Assembly: GCA_903813345.2 (NCBI GenBank)
Contig: CAIIXF020000001.1
Location: forward strand, 19,220,001-19,284,000
Reading direction: 5' to 3'
Length of the DNA: 64,000 nucleotides
Origin: Owenia fusiformis
Lineage: Eukaryota
Each line of letters starts with the position of its first letter. Positions within the stretch are counted from its first letter, which is position 1. Position numbers and translations under genes: made by a program. Below are positions 51,321 through 64,000 of this stretch, piece by piece. The notes under the pieces are model-generated. The model was given only the letters and a program-made list of their open reading frames with translations, did not search any database and had not been told where the DNA came from.

Positions 51321-53001
51321 AATATTTATGTTTTTTTCTGTTTCTTTTCAGTGTCTATACTCAGTTTATATTATTTCTATGGTTTTGCTAAGGTCAATTG
51401 TTTTTGGGTTTAATTTTAATTTCTGACATGTTATTTCAAATAGAAGGCATCAAGATATGAAGACAAATTCATAAATGATTTGATCAGGCCTTGTAGACTC
51501 TAGTTTATTTAATATTCTGTACTGACATACACCCACTATTGATTATCAGTTGCTGAACTAGTTTCGTATTGCTGAAATTAGGTGCCATTGGCAATATCTG
51601 ATCATCTAATTACAAAAAACTGTATTTGTAATTGTGAACCTTAACCTAAGATATCTTAAGTTAATTAGAAGTTGATGTTTGATTTTAGATTAACTCATGT
51701 TTGATAGGTCTATTTCATAAGATCAGCTGATGTATATAAGAGTAGGTTCTTATATGTAGGTGGTCTACATTTATATTAAGGGGGCTGCTTATATTATTCA
51801 CCAGAATCTTAGGAATAACCTGTAAATAAAATACAAATATATAGCTAAACATAGGGAATACCTTTGTACAGAAAGTATACTTTGTAGGTAGGTGTTTACT
51901 TAGTAGGTCTTTTTATGAAGCGAATAGCATGTCTAGAATAGGCATATATGTATAAAGACATTTGTCATCTGTTTTCAATATCTGACTTTCTCTTATGATA
52001 TATAATAATGCAGACTGTGTTGGACACACAATATTAGATCAATTGACTCAAAATAATGTTATACAACTGTACAGTAATACCTATCTAGTGAGACACGCAT
52101 TGGGTACCAACACCACTGTTAACATTTATGGTACCAAGTGTACATATTTATTAAAAGGAGAAAAAATTAACTGTAATGTCATGCATATGTTCGAGATTGA
52201 TTTGGGCTGAGGTATTGGGGCTTGATTCAACTATATTTATTAAGTGTTCAAATTGGGAAGTGCTCATACAGGCAAGTTTAACTGTACACGCTAGTCACAA
52301 TCAATATGATTCATCCGCATCCACTGAGATTCGTTTAGCACTTCATCTAGGACTCAGCACTTGTGTGAAATCTAACTGTATCAGGTATTCTTACATACCA
52401 GAGTCATGCAGATAACATGGGAACTTACTAATAAAGTGAACCAAAGGTGAATGGTTGAAGTGAACTTTAGGCTTTTCTCACAAAGTACAACTTGCTTATA
52501 AGTTGTTCAGTTTGTAAATGTTTTTTTGTTATGTTTGAAAGATTATCAGTTTAATGTTGAAGTTAAGTACAAAGCTAGCTTGTAATACTTGAAACAGTCC
52601 GGGTGCCAAGTGCCCTTAACCGCGCCTTGCAGATTGTAAGTATTGTTAGATAGACTTACTGTAGAAAGATGTTGTAAATATACACCTGGGATAAGAGCAC
52701 TCCTATCATGTTGATTGTCATATTATATTGACCTGAATTTTTCATTGAGTTCTACAGTAGTTGTATCAATACAGTTGAACTTGAATTATAAGTTTAAGTG
52801 GAAAATCTATAAAGTAAATCATGTTTTTCTTTCAATGTCTTATTTTATATTTCTAGGTTCTGAAGTCTTAAGTGTACATTCCTGCAGTTCTATGTGATCT
52901 TGCCAAATTCTACAAAGACACAAAACAGCTTGAAAATGGATATACAACTTACAGATTATTAGATGATAATCTACTTAATTTAAGGAAATAGTATAATCAC
53001 C

Positions 53002-63105
<10,104 letters not shown>

Positions 63106-63139
63106 GTAGGCCTTTACATATATAGATATCATACATAAA

Positions 63140-63303
63140 CAGTAAAACCTGTTGTATGCCATTGGGAGTGGCCAAAAGTGTTTGAATTGGTAGGTGTTCA
63201 TATGTCAAGGTTTTTCATCATGGAGTCCTTTAATTTTTTGTTATGTGGCCAAAAAAGAATTTACATTGCGAGTTGTTGAGATTAGAGTTGTTAGGTTTTA
63301 CAA
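63140..63303. mobile_element. Degenerate Tc1/pogo-like MITE
   Basis: cagtaaaacctg ... aggttttaca, with internal ggtgttcatatgtcaaggttt similar to the 61-bp satellite unit. Confidence 0.55.
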
Positions 63304-63515
63304 TATAGTCTTGACAGAATGAACCTAAATTCATATCATTGACCAAAAACTGGATGACAGGAAAGAACTGTAATCACTAGCCTTATTATTGCTCTTTACA
63401 GTAAAGAATGTAATAGAGAACTCATATAGAGAGCGTCTGTCCAGGCAGTAACTCAAATACCATTGGCCCAATATCATATTATTCGTATATGTCCCATGCT
63501 CCAAAGCCGATTTTC

Positions 63516-63578
63516 AAAATGGCAGCCAGTTACAAAATGGCAGCCAGTTACAAAATGGCAGCCAGTTACAAAATGGCC
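63516..63578. repeat. 18-bp tandem repeat, about 3.5 copies
   Basis: Unit caaaatggcagccagtta. Confidence 0.9.
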
Positions 63579-64000
63579 ACCATTTTAGTGTCTTATGACA
63601 CATTGGTTAGTATATGGCTGGAAAAATGGCTACCGTTTTTATGTGAATTATTTCAAATTCTTTACTATAACACCTATGTCTATGTCTATGTCAATAATCT
63701 GCAAAAGGCTAATAAGCCCATATAAAGCAGATATGTAATTTAACAGTGATAGAATTTTAATAGAATATAATTTAAAATCTTAACATTTAAAAATAGATCT
63801 ATGGTTTACAACTCATTTTAAAATTGAAAGGAACCTTCCTGGTTGGCCCCTGTACCCCCCTAGGAAGTCCCTTTATATTGAAATACCCTGGGGAGACTGT
63901 CAGGCTACCGCGTTGACATCACCCCTCTTTACCAGTAGTGCAGGCTTGTTGCTGTGCACTGGGGACCCTTTACATTAAAACATAGATCCATATTAAAAAC

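Noticed and set aside
63489..63725. ORF with MAASYK repeats
   Set aside because: An 18-bp tandem repeat within a PI4KB intron.

Overview
AT-rich eukaryotic genomic DNA from an invertebrate animal (probably a lophotrochozoan such as an annelid or mollusc; this is inference). It contains six spliced or intronless protein genes, rebuilt by hand from GT-AG boundaries and reading-frame phase. (1) A small secreted Cys-rich protein with an EMI-like pattern (-, about 11445-13665). (2) LSm4 (-, 26112 to at least 17778; terminal exon not located). (3) An ankyrin-repeat/SOCS-box protein with an intronless CDS and an MGC N-terminus (+, 27302-28858), head-to-head with LSm4. (4) An AA15-type lytic polysaccharide monooxygenase with a hydrophobic C-terminal tail (+, 30927-32825). 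(5) FBXO9 (-, 13 exons, 43393-35607). (6) PI4KB (+, from 53002, running past the window end), head-to-head with FBXO9. Introns and intergenic DNA hold many nested transposons and tandem arrays. The most notable observations are: a non-autonomous element with CAC...GTG ends and a 5-bp TSD (Transib/RAG-like signature) splitting an otherwise intact LINE RT frame; the EMI-like gene lying between matching ends of a Helentron/DINE-1-like element (possible gene capture); a 61-bp satellite that expanded inside a MITE; and a 40-bp minisatellite built from an FBXO9 splice acceptor.
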